From Aquificaceae bacterium (GTDB lineage: Bacteria > Aquificota > Aquificia > Aquificales > Aquificaceae), in contig JAXSMZ010000003.1 in NCBI GenBank assembly GCA_037924335.1, positions 32,102 through 96,101 of the forward strand: a DNA stretch of 64,000 nt, written 5' to 3'. The notes under the pieces are model-generated. The model worked only from the letters and a program-made list of their open reading frames with translations, had not been told where the DNA came from and searched no databases. A program made the translations under genes and the position numbers. Below are positions 38,758 to 48,164 of this stretch, piece by piece. Position 1 is the first letter of the stretch. Each line of letters opens with the position of its first letter.

Positions 38758-39675
38758 ATGGAACACTTTCAATTTTTGATAATTATAATTTTTGCGCCCC
38801 TTATCAATGGGGTAATCAAAAAGTTCAAGGCAAACATGCAAGGAAGGCTGGGACCTGGTATTTTTCAACCCTACTACGACCTTATAAGGCTTTTTAAAAA
38901 GGAATTAGTTCTTTCCGATGTATCATCTTGGGTCTTTAGGGCAACGCCGTACATTGTTTTTTCTTCAACCCTTGTGGCAACCATGATGGTGCCAGTTATT
39001 ACAGACAAGGTTCTTTTTGGTCATATGGCTGATATTATCGCCCTTATCTATATACTTGCCCTTGGAAGGTTTTTTATGGCTCTTGCAGGGCTTGATGCTG
39101 GTACAGCCTTTGGTGGCGAAGGTAGTAGTAGGGAGATGACGGTGGCTATTCTTGTTGAGCCAGCTATGATGCTAAGCCTTTTTACCGCTGCCATATCCGC
39201 TGGATCTACAAATCTATCAAATATAGTAAATTCAAGCACCTCCCTTTACACACCATCCCACATCCTTGCCCTTTCTGCCTTTATAGTTGCAATAATCGCC
39301 GAAACAGGCAGGATCCCCGTAGATAATCCAGACACACACCTTGAACTAACCATGATCCATGAGGGTATGCTGCTTGAGTATTCAGGAAGATACTTAGCCC
39401 TTATGGAATGGGCCCATTACATAAAGCAGATGCTACTGTTTACCATTGCCATTGATATATTCTTCCCAGTAGGGATTGCAAGCTCTGCAGACATCTCAAG
39501 CCTTGCAATTTCCACAGCCTTATACCTTTTAAAGATAGTTTTTATAGCCTTTATGATGGCTTTTATTGAGTCTACAAGGGCAAAGATGAGGTTCTTTCAG
39601 CTACCATCCCTTTTGGGTGGTGCTTTTGTTCTTGCTCTGCTTTCCCTTTTGAGTTATGTGATGATGGGCAAATGA
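38758..39675 (+). CDS. hyfC: HyfC/HycD (NuoH-like) membrane subunit
   Basis: QGR.GP...QPYYDL, G.SRE, ETGRIPVD, ELTMIHE. Confidence 0.9.
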   Translation: MEHFQFLIIIIFAPLINGVIKKFKANMQGRLGPGIFQPYYDLIRLFKKELVLSDVSSWVFRATPYIVFSSTLVATMMVPVITDKVLFGHMADIIALIYILALGRFFMALAGLDAGTAFGGEGSSREMTVAILVEPAMMLSLFTAAISAGSTNLSNIVNSSTSLYTPSHILALSAFIVAIIAETGRIPVDNPDTHLELTMIHEGMLLEYSGRYLALMEWAHYIKQMLLFTIAIDIFFPVGIASSADISSLAISTALYLLKIVFIAFMMAFIESTRAKMRFFQLPSLLGGAFVLALLSLLSYVMMGK

Positions 39676-39688
39676 TAGGAGGTAAGGC

Positions 39689-40348
39689 ATGAAAGAATGG
39701 ATTCAAGCATCTTCCGTTATTGATTTCCTATCAATGGGCATACTTCTCACAGCCATAGCCATGAACGCCCTTAAAAGGCTTGAATCTTGCATTAAGGCTT
39801 ACGCTTTTAACTCATGGCTTCTTTCTCTTTTGATAGCTGCGGTGGCCATAGTAACAGAAGATACTCACCTTTATATAGCTTCCCTCATTACCCTTTTTAG
39901 TAAAGGAATAGTTATCCCCCTATTTTTAAAGAGGATAGTAAGACGTATGAGGGTTACCCATGATGTGGAACCATACATAAGCAACACCCTTTCTTTGACA
40001 ATTTCAGGGTTGCTCGTGGGAGTTGTTTATGCAGCCCTTAAGAAGGGTATCTTTGTTGTAGGTTTTTCAAGCACTGCCTTTCAAATATCCATTGCGGTTA
40101 TGCTGGTAGGGCTTTTTATCATGATAACAAGAAGGAAGGCTATAACGCAGGTGATAGGTCTACTTTTTATGGAAAATGGTCTGTTCCTTATAGGTTTTTC
40201 TCTCACTTACGGTATGCCAGCCATAATTGAACTGGGTGTGCTTTTTGATATGCTTATGGGCGTAATAATACTGGGCATATTCACCATTCAGATAAAGAGG
40301 GCTTTTGCCTCCACAGACCTTGATAAATTGACCATTTTAAAGGGGTAA
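39689..40348 (+). CDS. hyfE: HyfE membrane subunit
   Basis: K...IP..L, QVIG...MENG, ELG...D. Confidence 0.88.
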   Translation: MKEWIQASSVIDFLSMGILLTAIAMNALKRLESCIKAYAFNSWLLSLLIAAVAIVTEDTHLYIASLITLFSKGIVIPLFLKRIVRRMRVTHDVEPYISNTLSLTISGLLVGVVYAALKKGIFVVGFSSTAFQISIAVMLVGLFIMITRRKAITQVIGLLFMENGLFLIGFSLTYGMPAIIELGVLFDMLMGVIILGIFTIQIKRAFASTDLDKLTILKG

Positions 40349-40353
40349 GAAGG

Positions 40354-41817
40354 ATGGTTTTGATGCTACTAACTCCCATCATGACAGCGCTGGCTTGCTA
40401 TATGTTAAAAGGTTACCGTCTAACAGGCTATGTGAACCTTGTAGGCGCAATTTTCCTTTTAGTTTTTTCAGCATTTCCCATAATCAAAGCCTTTAACACA
40501 CCTTTGGAGCTCTGGGGCTTTTTCTATATGGATGCCTTTTCGGCTTACATAGCCTCCCTTGTTGTCTTTCTTGGTCTTGTATCTTCTATATATTCCATCC
40601 ACTACATAGACCATGAGTTCCACGTGGGTCTTATCAACGAAGAAGGTATAAGGATATACTACTCTTTACTTCATCTGTTCATCTTTACCATGCTATTAGT
40701 GGTTGTATCAAATAACCTTGCTTTGGTGTGGATAGCCATTGAAGCAACCACCATAGTCTCAGCCATCCTTATAGGTCTTGGGTATAAGAAAAGGCCCATG
40801 GCTATTGAGGCAGCATGGAAATACATAATACTCTGTACAGTTGGCCTTACCTTTGCTCTCCTTGGTGTATTCATAACCTATTACGCATCCACATCTGTTG
40901 GTGAATCCAAGGGCATGCTTAACTGGACGGACCTTATACAGATTGCCCATATGTTAAATCCTCTAACTATGAAACTTGCCTTTATATTTGTCCTTGTTGG
41001 CTATGGAACAAAGGCTGGTCTGGCACCGCTTCACAACTGGCTCCCCGACGCCCATAGCGAAGCGCCAAGTCCCATAAGCGCACTACTCTCTGGAATACTT
41101 CTGAATACAGCCTTTTACGGTATCATAAGGTTTATAGCCTTAGTTGAGCCATCAACTGGCAAAGCCTTTGTAAGCAATCTGCTTATCATCTTTGGAATTC
41201 TCTCAATGGGCATATCTGCCATCTTTATATTGGTGCAAGAAAACTACAAGAGACTTCTTGCCTATAGCAGCATTGAGCATATGGGTATCATAGCCCTTGG
41301 CATAGGTATAGGTGGTCCTGTGGGCATATACGGTGCCTTGCTCCATATACTAAACCATGCCCTTACAAAGCCTCTTATGTTTTTGACGGCGGGTAGGATT
41401 CAGGCATACTATGGTTCCACAAAGATAGAAAAGGTAAGGGGAGTGCTTTCAACTCTTCCACTGCTTGGAACGCTTACCTTTATAGGTGTGCTTTCATTGG
41501 CTGGTAGTCCACCCTTCAACGTGTTTATAAGTGAGTTTACAATCTTAAAAGCGGCAGCTCTTAATGGCTTATGGTGGGTTGTATCTTTATTTTTGCTTTT
41601 CGTTGTAATGGTATTCTATGGAATGCTCTCCGCTTTTGGAAGGATGCTCTTTGGTCAGGGGTCAGAGGAGAGGTCAAGGAGTTTGGAAAAGGTAAGCGTG
41701 GCTTCCGATTTTGTTATGGTCCTTATGGCATTGCTTATTATACTTCTTGGCTTTAGGGTGCCGGACTTCTTAGATAGTGTCATAAGGTCATGTATTTATA
41801 CCATGGGGGTCAAGTGA
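40354..41817 (+). CDS. hyfF: HyfF antiporter-type membrane subunit
   Basis: WIAIEATT, EAAWKY, GYGTKAGL, WLPDAHSEAP, KRLLAYSS.EH. Confidence 0.9.
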   Translation: MVLMLLTPIMTALACYMLKGYRLTGYVNLVGAIFLLVFSAFPIIKAFNTPLELWGFFYMDAFSAYIASLVVFLGLVSSIYSIHYIDHEFHVGLINEEGIRIYYSLLHLFIFTMLLVVVSNNLALVWIAIEATTIVSAILIGLGYKKRPMAIEAAWKYIILCTVGLTFALLGVFITYYASTSVGESKGMLNWTDLIQIAHMLNPLTMKLAFIFVLVGYGTKAGLAPLHNWLPDAHSEAPSPISALLSGILLNTAFYGIIRFIALVEPSTGKAFVSNLLIIFGILSMGISAIFILVQENYKRLLAYSSIEHMGIIALGIGIGGPVGIYGALLHILNHALTKPLMFLTAGRIQAYYGSTKIEKVRGVLSTLPLLGTLTFIGVLSLAGSPPFNVFISEFTILKAAALNGLWWVVSLFLLFVVMVFYGMLSAFGRMLFGQGSEERSRSLEKVSVASDFVMVLMALLIILLGFRVPDFLDSVIRSCIYTMGVK

Positions 41818-43382
41818 TGGAGTGGCTAATGCAGAAGGCTATAGGAAAGAGAGAACATCTCAATGAGCTTTATTTGGAGGTTAAAAAAGAAGACTTTAGG
41901 GATACCTGTCTATACCTGTACAACAAAAAGAGGGCCCTTTTAAGGCTTATGTTTGCAACCGATGAAAGGCAAAAGGATGGTGCTTTTAGAGTTTATACTG
42001 TGTTTTCTATTCCTGGTATTGATAGGTTCTTTATTGTCTTTATAACTCTAAGGGAAGACCTAACCTTTCCATCCATAACAAAAGATATACCCGCCGCCCA
42101 CTGGTATGAACGAGAGATAAGGGATATGTTTGGACTTATACCAGAGGGGCACCCAGACCTAAGAAGGCTTGTATTCCATGACTCATTCCCAGAAAACTCC
42201 CATCCCTTAAGAAAAAATTGGAAAATATCCGAGGAAGATTTAAGGGAATGGGGAGAAGGAATAAAACAAAAGGTTCCTTATAAATTTTTGGAAGTGGAAG
42301 GAGAGGGTATCCATGAAATACCCGTTGGGCCTGTACATGCTGGTATTATTGAACCAGGGCATTTTAGGTTTAGCGTGGTTGGGGAGGTGATCTTTTTCCT
42401 TGAGGCAAGGCTCTTTTATACCCATAAGGGCATAGAAAAGCACTTTGAGTCTATGAGCTTCTTTGATGGTGTAAAGCTTGCTGAAAGAGTCTCTGGTGTA
42501 TCATCCTTTTCTCACTCGGCGGCTTACTGTATGGCCGTTGAGAGGATGGTGGGTATTGAAATAAGCCAGAAGGCAAAGGCTATAAGGACACTTCTCCTTG
42601 AGCTTGAAAGACTTTACAACCACATAGGTGATATTGGCAATCTGTGTGCTGGGACAGGTCTTGCTGTAGGTTACGCAAAAGGGGCAATAATAAAAGAAAG
42701 GCTAATGCAACTTAACCAAAGGCTCACTGGAAGCAGGTATCTTAGGGGTATAAATCTTATAGGTGGTGTTAGCAAGGATGTCTTATCACAATCAGACGAT
42801 ATTCTATCAACTCTTGATGTGGTTTCAAGGGAGTATGAAGAGCTCATGGATATGCTTTTAGGAAGCATATCCCACATAGAAAGGCTTGAAAACACCGGAA
42901 GGCTTCCAAAGGATATAGCACAAAAATTGGGAGTTACGGGTGTGGCGGCAAGAGCTTCTGGTATAAACGATGATATAAGAAGGGCACACCCGCACCTCTT
43001 ATATGATAGGGTGGACCTAAGAGTACATACTATGCAGAATGGAGATGTTTTTGCAAGGATGATGGTTAGGGCAAAAGAGGCAGAGAGCTCCATGTCCATT
43101 ATAAGGACCATATTGGAAGGCAGGTATGAAGGAGAGCTCACCGTTGAGGTAAAGGAAATACCTGAATATGCCAGTGCGCTGGGATATACAGAAACACCAA
43201 GGGGGTCTGTTTTTTATTGGGTTATGTCTGGTAAGGACGATAAGCCCTTTAGGGTGAAGGTAAGGTCGCCATCCTATTGCAACTGGCCAGCCTTGCCCTT
43301 TGCAGTGCATGGCAACATAGTGCCAGACTTCCCCCTATGCAACAAAAGCTTCAATCTAAGTTATTCTGGATGTGATCTGTAA
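41817..43382 (+). CDS. HyfG/EhrL-like large subunit (NuoC-D fusion type) lacking NiFe cysteines
   Basis: WYERE, GPVHAGIIEPGHFRF, ERVSG in place of RxCGxC, C-terminal SFNLSYSGCDL. Confidence 0.88.
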   Translation: MEWLMQKAIGKREHLNELYLEVKKEDFRDTCLYLYNKKRALLRLMFATDERQKDGAFRVYTVFSIPGIDRFFIVFITLREDLTFPSITKDIPAAHWYEREIRDMFGLIPEGHPDLRRLVFHDSFPENSHPLRKNWKISEEDLREWGEGIKQKVPYKFLEVEGEGIHEIPVGPVHAGIIEPGHFRFSVVGEVIFFLEARLFYTHKGIEKHFESMSFFDGVKLAERVSGVSSFSHSAAYCMAVERMVGIEISQKAKAIRTLLLELERLYNHIGDIGNLCAGTGLAVGYAKGAIIKERLMQLNQRLTGSRYLRGINLIGGVSKDVLSQSDDILSTLDVVSREYEELMDMLLGSISHIERLENTGRLPKDIAQKLGVTGVAARASGINDDIRRAHPHLLYDRVDLRVHTMQNGDVFARMMVRAKEAESSMSIIRTILEGRYEGELTVEVKEIPEYASALGYTETPRGSVFYWVMSGKDDKPFRVKVRSPSYCNWPALPFAVHGNIVPDFPLCNKSFNLSYSGCDL

Positions 43383-43405
43383 AATAAAGGCTGGAGGTAA
43401 GTGAT

Positions 43406-43942
43406 ATGCTAAAGTACATAGTTAAGAACCTTATCACAAAAAAGAAAACTACACCTTTTCCAGAAGGCTTCGGTATATCTCCAGAAGAAGAGGCAAGGCT
43501 TGTGTCCATGCAAAAGAAGATCCATTCCATCTTTGGAAGGTCCTTGAGAATACGTCAAGTTGATGCAGGTTCATGCAATGCGTGTGAATGGGAATGTACA
43601 GCTTTAACAAACCCTATCTATGATATTCAAAGGTTTGGTATAGACTTTGTAGCTTCACCGAGACATGCAGATGCCCTCATAGTTACTGGACCCATATCCA
43701 GACAGATGGAGCTTGCCCTAAAGAAGACATACCTTGCCACACCCGAGCCAAGGCTTGTCATAGCCTGTGGAGATTGTGCCATTGACGGTGGGATTTATAA
43801 GGGTAGCTATGCAGTAACAAATGGAGTTGCCAATGTTATACCCGTTGATTGCTATATACCCGGCTGTCCGCCAATCCCCATCCAAATAATACATGGCATA
43901 GAAAAGCTCCTTGATGAAGTTGCTTCTAAAAAGGCTAAATAG
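43406..43942 (+). CDS. HyfI/EhrS (NuoB-like) Fe-S small subunit
   Basis: GSCNACE, SPRHAD, ACGDCA, PGCPP. Confidence 0.9.
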   Translation: MLKYIVKNLITKKKTTPFPEGFGISPEEEARLVSMQKKIHSIFGRSLRIRQVDAGSCNACEWECTALTNPIYDIQRFGIDFVASPRHADALIVTGPISRQMELALKKTYLATPEPRLVIACGDCAIDGGIYKGSYAVTNGVANVIPVDCYIPGCPPIPIQIIHGIEKLLDEVASKKAK

Positions 43943-43954
43943 AGCCTTATCAAA

Positions 43955-44371
43955 TTATCTTCCTTTTATTCTATCCCTAAAAAGCTCATGGCATGCCATA
44001 CAACCTTGTATCATCTGGGTGTAGCTTTTAAAGGCTTCTTCTTTCTTACCTTCCTTTATAAACTTTATAACATCCCCTGCACCGCCATGAACCTGCCTTT
44101 CAAAGGTTGGCATAAGCTTGGCAAACTCTTCCCTCTTTGATGGGTCTATGTACTTTAAGGGTCCTCCCTTTGGCATGGGATGCTCCGCTATCTCCTTGGC
44201 TCCTTCAATTATCAGCGCATCATTGTTTAAAAGAAATCCTTGAAGCATTTTCAAGGCTGACGTATTTACCATCTGCATCACCTGCTTAAAAGTAAGAGAG
44301 CTTTCCTCCATATGCTCATGGGCAAGCCCAAGGCTAAGGCTCAGAGCAAGAGTAAGTCCTACTTTCCTCAT
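43955..44371 (-). CDS. Periplasmic class II (c'-like) cytochrome c
   Basis: Signal peptide, helical body, C-terminal CMACH..FR. Confidence 0.8.
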   Translation of the reverse strand: MRKVGLTLALSLSLGLAHEHMEESSLTFKQVMQMVNTSALKMLQGFLLNNDALIIEGAKEIAEHPMPKGGPLKYIDPSKREEFAKLMPTFERQVHGGAGDVIKFIKEGKKEEAFKSYTQMIQGCMACHELFRDRIKGR

Positions 44372-44463
44372 ACTACAACCCCCTTATCTTCATCTTCCAC
44401 TACCTTCAAACGCCATCTAAACCAGCATGGTTTACAAACTAAAGCCTTAAGTTAAGTATGTAA

Positions 44464-44477
44464 ATGATTACAATCAT
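44464..44477. promoter_or_regulatory. Crp/Fnr(DNR)-like palindrome
   Basis: ATGAT-TACA-ATCAT just upstream of TTGACA (44493). Confidence 0.5.
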
Positions 44478-44549
44478 ATAAGCATTTATTATTTGACAAA
44501 GTTATTCTTATATCTTAGATTAATAAAAGAACATGTTGGAGGTAGAAAG

Positions 44550-45011
44550 ATGAAAAAAGGTCTTTTCTTGGTTGCAGCAGCGGTACTTGTTTTCTCTTGT
44601 CAAAAAAAGCCGACAGAAGAAGCTCCGAAGGTAGAGACTCCACCAGCTCCAGTGGAAAAGAAGGAAGAGGCTGTAAGCGATAAGGGTATAGGACCCATTA
44701 CGGAGGTAAAGCTTGGACCTATAGATCAAGCTCTTGCAAAGAAGGGAAAGGAAATCTTTGATTCCAAATGCACATCCTGTCATAAACTTGAAGAGAAGTA
44801 TGTGGGACCCCCCTTAAAAGGCGTTACTCAAAGAAGAAAGCCAGAGTGGATAATGAACATGATTTTAAACCCCTCTGAGATGGTGCAGAAGGACACAATA
44901 GCAAAAGGGCTCTTGGCAGAATATCCCACGCAGATGCCCTTTCAAAACGTATCACAGGATGATGCCAGAGCTGTCCTTGAGTATCTAAGAAGCGTTGACA
45001 AGGGAAAATAA
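44550..45011 (+). CDS. Lipoprotein monoheme cytochrome c (nos-associated)
   Basis: Lipobox VFSC, CTSCH, GP.L, distal Met (QMP); GGAGG RBS. Confidence 0.88.
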   Translation: MKKGLFLVAAAVLVFSCQKKPTEEAPKVETPPAPVEKKEEAVSDKGIGPITEVKLGPIDQALAKKGKEIFDSKCTSCHKLEEKYVGPPLKGVTQRRKPEWIMNMILNPSEMVQKDTIAKGLLAEYPTQMPFQNVSQDDARAVLEYLRSVDKGK

Positions 45012-45154
45012 AGCAGCCTACCTATTCTCTCACCTTTTCTCCTTTTTCCTTTTATAAATTCTTTTTGATGTGAAATTATCATAAATTTAAATCTTGACAT
45101 TATTATAAGAATTTCTTATTATTTCCATCATAGAAGCTTATAGGAGGTAGGACC

Positions 45155-47128
45155 ATGAGAAAAAAGGTTAGAAACACCCTGATTGGGGGGACGGTCCTTT
45201 TGGTAGGAGCCTTGCTGGCAGGGTGTCCACCAAAGAAAGAAGCTATGAAGGCGCCAGCCCCAACTGAAGCTGCTTCTAAGGTATACGTGCCACCAGGTAA
45301 GTACGATGAGTTTTATGTGTTTTTCTCCGGTGGTTTCAGCGGTCAGGTATCAGTTTATGGTATTCCATCCGGAAGGATACTCAAAGTAATAAAGGTATTC
45401 GCACAGGACCCAGAAACTGGATACGGCTATACACCAGAGACCAAGCCTATGCTTATGACTTCCCATGGCTTTCTACCTTGGGATGACAGCCATCATCCAT
45501 GGCTTTCTCAAACTAACGGAGAACAGGATGGAAGATGGCTCTTCATAAATGCCAACAGTGTGCCAAGGATTGCAAGGATTGACCTTTCAACCTTTGAAAC
45601 CACAGAAATAATTGAGATACCAAACTCCGCTGGAAACCATCCTTCACCTTACGGAACGGAGAATACAGAGTACGTGGTTGCCGGCACAAGGTTCTCCATT
45701 CCCATTCCGCAAAGGGATGTACCCATAGACTCATATAAGGAGAACTTTAAAGGAACCATAAGCTTTATAAAGGCAAACGAGCCCAGCAAGATGGATGTGG
45801 CTTTTCAAATACTTATGCCAGGTTTTGACTATGACCTTGCAAGGTGTGGGAGAGGTCCATCCCATGGTTGGTGCTTCTTCACATCCTACAACACTGAACA
45901 AGCACACACACTACTTGAGATAAACGCTTCTAAGAACGATAAGGACTTTATAGCAGCCATAAATTGGAAGAGGGCAGAGGAGTGCATAGCTCAAGGAAAG
46001 TATCAGGAGATGCCCGCAACTTATTACCACAATTACTACGATGAAGAGAAGCATATGGCTGTTTCCGAGGTTAAAAAGTCTGTAAAGGTTATAAATCCTA
46101 AGGATTGTCCAGGTGTAGCCTACTTTTTACCTACGCCCAAATCTCCCCACGGTGTTGACGTATCTGACGATGGAGAATATATAGTAGGTGGTGGAAAGCT
46201 TGCCACGGTTATACCAATTCATTCCTTTTCTAAAATGCTAAAGGCTATAGAGCAGAAGGCTTTTGAAAAGGATATTGATGGTATACCAGTTCTTAAGTAC
46301 GATGCTGTTTTGAATTGTGAAGTAGAAAAACCATGTCTTGGGCCTCTTCATACAGAGTTTGATGGAAAAGGTTATGCCTATACTTCTTGCTTTGTTTCCT
46401 CTGAGATAGTAAAGTACGATTATAAGAAATGCAAAGTAGTTGATAGAGCACCAACCTACTATTCTATTGGACACCTCCTTGTAATGGGTGGCGATACAAA
46501 GAAGCCTTATGGAAAGTATGCAATAGCCATGAATAAGATCACAAAGGATAGAGAGCTTCCAGTTGGTCCTGAGCTCTTACAATCTGCACAGCTTTATGAT
46601 ATAAGTGGTGAAAAGATGCAACTTATCCATGAGTTCTTTACCGTTGGTGAGCCGCATTACGCACAGGGCATACCCGCAGATAAGATAAAGGATAAGGTGA
46701 AAAAGATATACGAGCTTGAAAAGAATAAACATCCTTATGCTGTAAAATCTGAGAAGGATGCAAGGGTTGAAAGGAAAGGTAATGAGGTGCACGTTTACAT
46801 GACCATGATAAGGAGCCACTTTGTACCCGACAATATAGAAGGGATAAGGGTAGGCGATACTGTATACTTCCATGTTACAAACATTGAGCAGGACTGGGAT
46901 ATACCCCATGGCTTTGCCGTCAAAGGTTCAGAAGATGCTGAGCTATTGGTAATGCCCGGAGAGACTAAAACACTATTATGGAAGCCAAAAGCTCCAGGCG
47001 TTTATCCCTTCTACTGCACAGACTTTTGCTCAGCCCTACATCAAGAGATGCAAGGTTATGTAAGGGTTTCACCAGCAGGTTCTAATGTGCCCCTTAAGTA
47101 CTATACAGGCACCACAGCGCAAAAATAG
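45155..47128 (+). CDS. nosZ: Nitrous-oxide reductase, clade II (Sec/lipoprotein)
   Basis: DSHH, GNH, PHG, GPLH, GH, EPH CuZ motifs; CuA HGF...CTDFCSALHQEM; no twin-Arg; LAGC lipobox. Confidence 0.97.
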   Translation: MRKKVRNTLIGGTVLLVGALLAGCPPKKEAMKAPAPTEAASKVYVPPGKYDEFYVFFSGGFSGQVSVYGIPSGRILKVIKVFAQDPETGYGYTPETKPMLMTSHGFLPWDDSHHPWLSQTNGEQDGRWLFINANSVPRIARIDLSTFETTEIIEIPNSAGNHPSPYGTENTEYVVAGTRFSIPIPQRDVPIDSYKENFKGTISFIKANEPSKMDVAFQILMPGFDYDLARCGRGPSHGWCFFTSYNTEQAHTLLEINASKNDKDFIAAINWKRAEECIAQGKYQEMPATYYHNYYDEEKHMAVSEVKKSVKVINPKDCPGVAYFLPTPKSPHGVDVSDDGEYIVGGGKLATVIPIHSFSKMLKAIEQKAFEKDIDGIPVLKYDAVLNCEVEKPCLGPLHTEFDGKGYAYTSCFVSSEIVKYDYKKCKVVDRAPTYYSIGHLLVMGGDTKKPYGKYAIAMNKITKDRELPVGPELLQSAQLYDISGEKMQLIHEFFTVGEPHYAQGIPADKIKDKVKKIYELEKNKHPYAVKSEKDARVERKGNEVHVYMTMIRSHFVPDNIEGIRVGDTVYFHVTNIEQDWDIPHGFAVKGSEDAELLVMPGETKTLLWKPKAPGVYPFYCTDFCSALHQEMQGYVRVSPAGSNVPLKYYTGTTAQK

Positions 47129-47138
47129 GAGGAATGAA

Positions 47139-47720
47139 ATGAATAAGATTTCAAGGGGGCTTTTGGCCCTCTCTTCGCTTCTTCTTATCCTTGTTTACTT
47201 TTTTCCCCTCTGGAGGATAGGGTTAATAGCTCCCCAATATCCAGAGGGGCTTAGGATGTTCATATGGGTAAATAAAATAACTGGTGGAACTGAGTTTGAC
47301 CTCTACAACATAAACCTCTTAAATCACTACATAGGGATGAAGACTATAACGCCTGAGGCGATTCCTGAGCTTAAGATAATGCCTTATATAATTGGCTTTT
47401 TGATCCTCTTTGGCTTTCTTTCCGCCCTTCTTGGAAGAAGGGTACTTCTCTATGCATGGATTACCATCTTTGTACTTTTAGGCATAGCTGGCTTTGTGGA
47501 TTTTTATAAATGGGAATATGATTATGGGCATAACCTTGACCCAAATGCTCCCATAAAGATACCAGGACTTGCCTACCAGCCACCCCTTATAGGGACAAAG
47601 CAGCTTTTGAATATGACCGCAAGCTCCTTTCCGGACGTGGGCGGATATATAGCTATAGCCTCTCTTCTTATAGGTTTTCTTGCTGTCTTAGTGGACATAA
47701 AGCTTTTGAGGAAGGCATGA
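47139..47720 (+). CDS. NosB-like membrane protein
   Basis: PLW.I...APQYPEGL, IN.LNHYIGM, YGHNLDP.API; directly follows clade II nosZ. Confidence 0.85.
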   Translation: MNKISRGLLALSSLLLILVYFFPLWRIGLIAPQYPEGLRMFIWVNKITGGTEFDLYNINLLNHYIGMKTITPEAIPELKIMPYIIGFLILFGFLSALLGRRVLLYAWITIFVLLGIAGFVDFYKWEYDYGHNLDPNAPIKIPGLAYQPPLIGTKQLLNMTASSFPDVGGYIAIASLLIGFLAVLVDIKLLRKA

Positions 47721-48163
47721 TGCTCCGAGTGCTATTAGTTTTCCTCTTGCCCCTCTTCCTTTTTTCTTGTAAAAAAGATATACCAGAACCTATAAGGCTT
47801 GGCGAGGATGTTTGCGAGTACTGTAAGATGGTTATAGCCGATGAGAGGTTTGCAGCGGAGGTGATAACCAAAAGGGGGAAGGTTTACAAGTTTGACGCCA
47901 TAGAGTGTATGGTTGGATACTTCAATGAGAAGGAAGAGCATATAAAGAAAGCCTATGTGGTAAACTTTTTAAACCCAAAGGAATTCTTGGAGGCAGAAAG
48001 CGCTTTTTATGTGAGAAGTCCCGACATAAGAAGCCCTATGGGGATGAACCTCTCTGCTTACAAAAGCCAGGAAGAAGCAAGGGCTATGTTAAAGGATAAG
48101 CAGGGAGAGGTCCTAGACTGGAAAGAGCTAAGAGAGCTCATCAGAAAGGAGTACAAGTATTAG
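47717..48163 (+). CDS. nosL: Copper chaperone lipoprotein NosL
   Basis: CEYCKM, FDAIECM, SPMG. Confidence 0.92.
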   Translation: MMLRVLLVFLLPLFLFSCKKDIPEPIRLGEDVCEYCKMVIADERFAAEVITKRGKVYKFDAIECMVGYFNEKEEHIKKAYVVNFLNPKEFLEAESAFYVRSPDIRSPMGMNLSAYKSQEEARAMLKDKQGEVLDWKELRELIRKEYKY

Positions 48164-48164
48164 C

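Noticed and set aside
41817..43382. Functional NiFe hydrogenase / formate hydrogenlyase
   Set aside because: Both CxxC metal-binding motifs are missing
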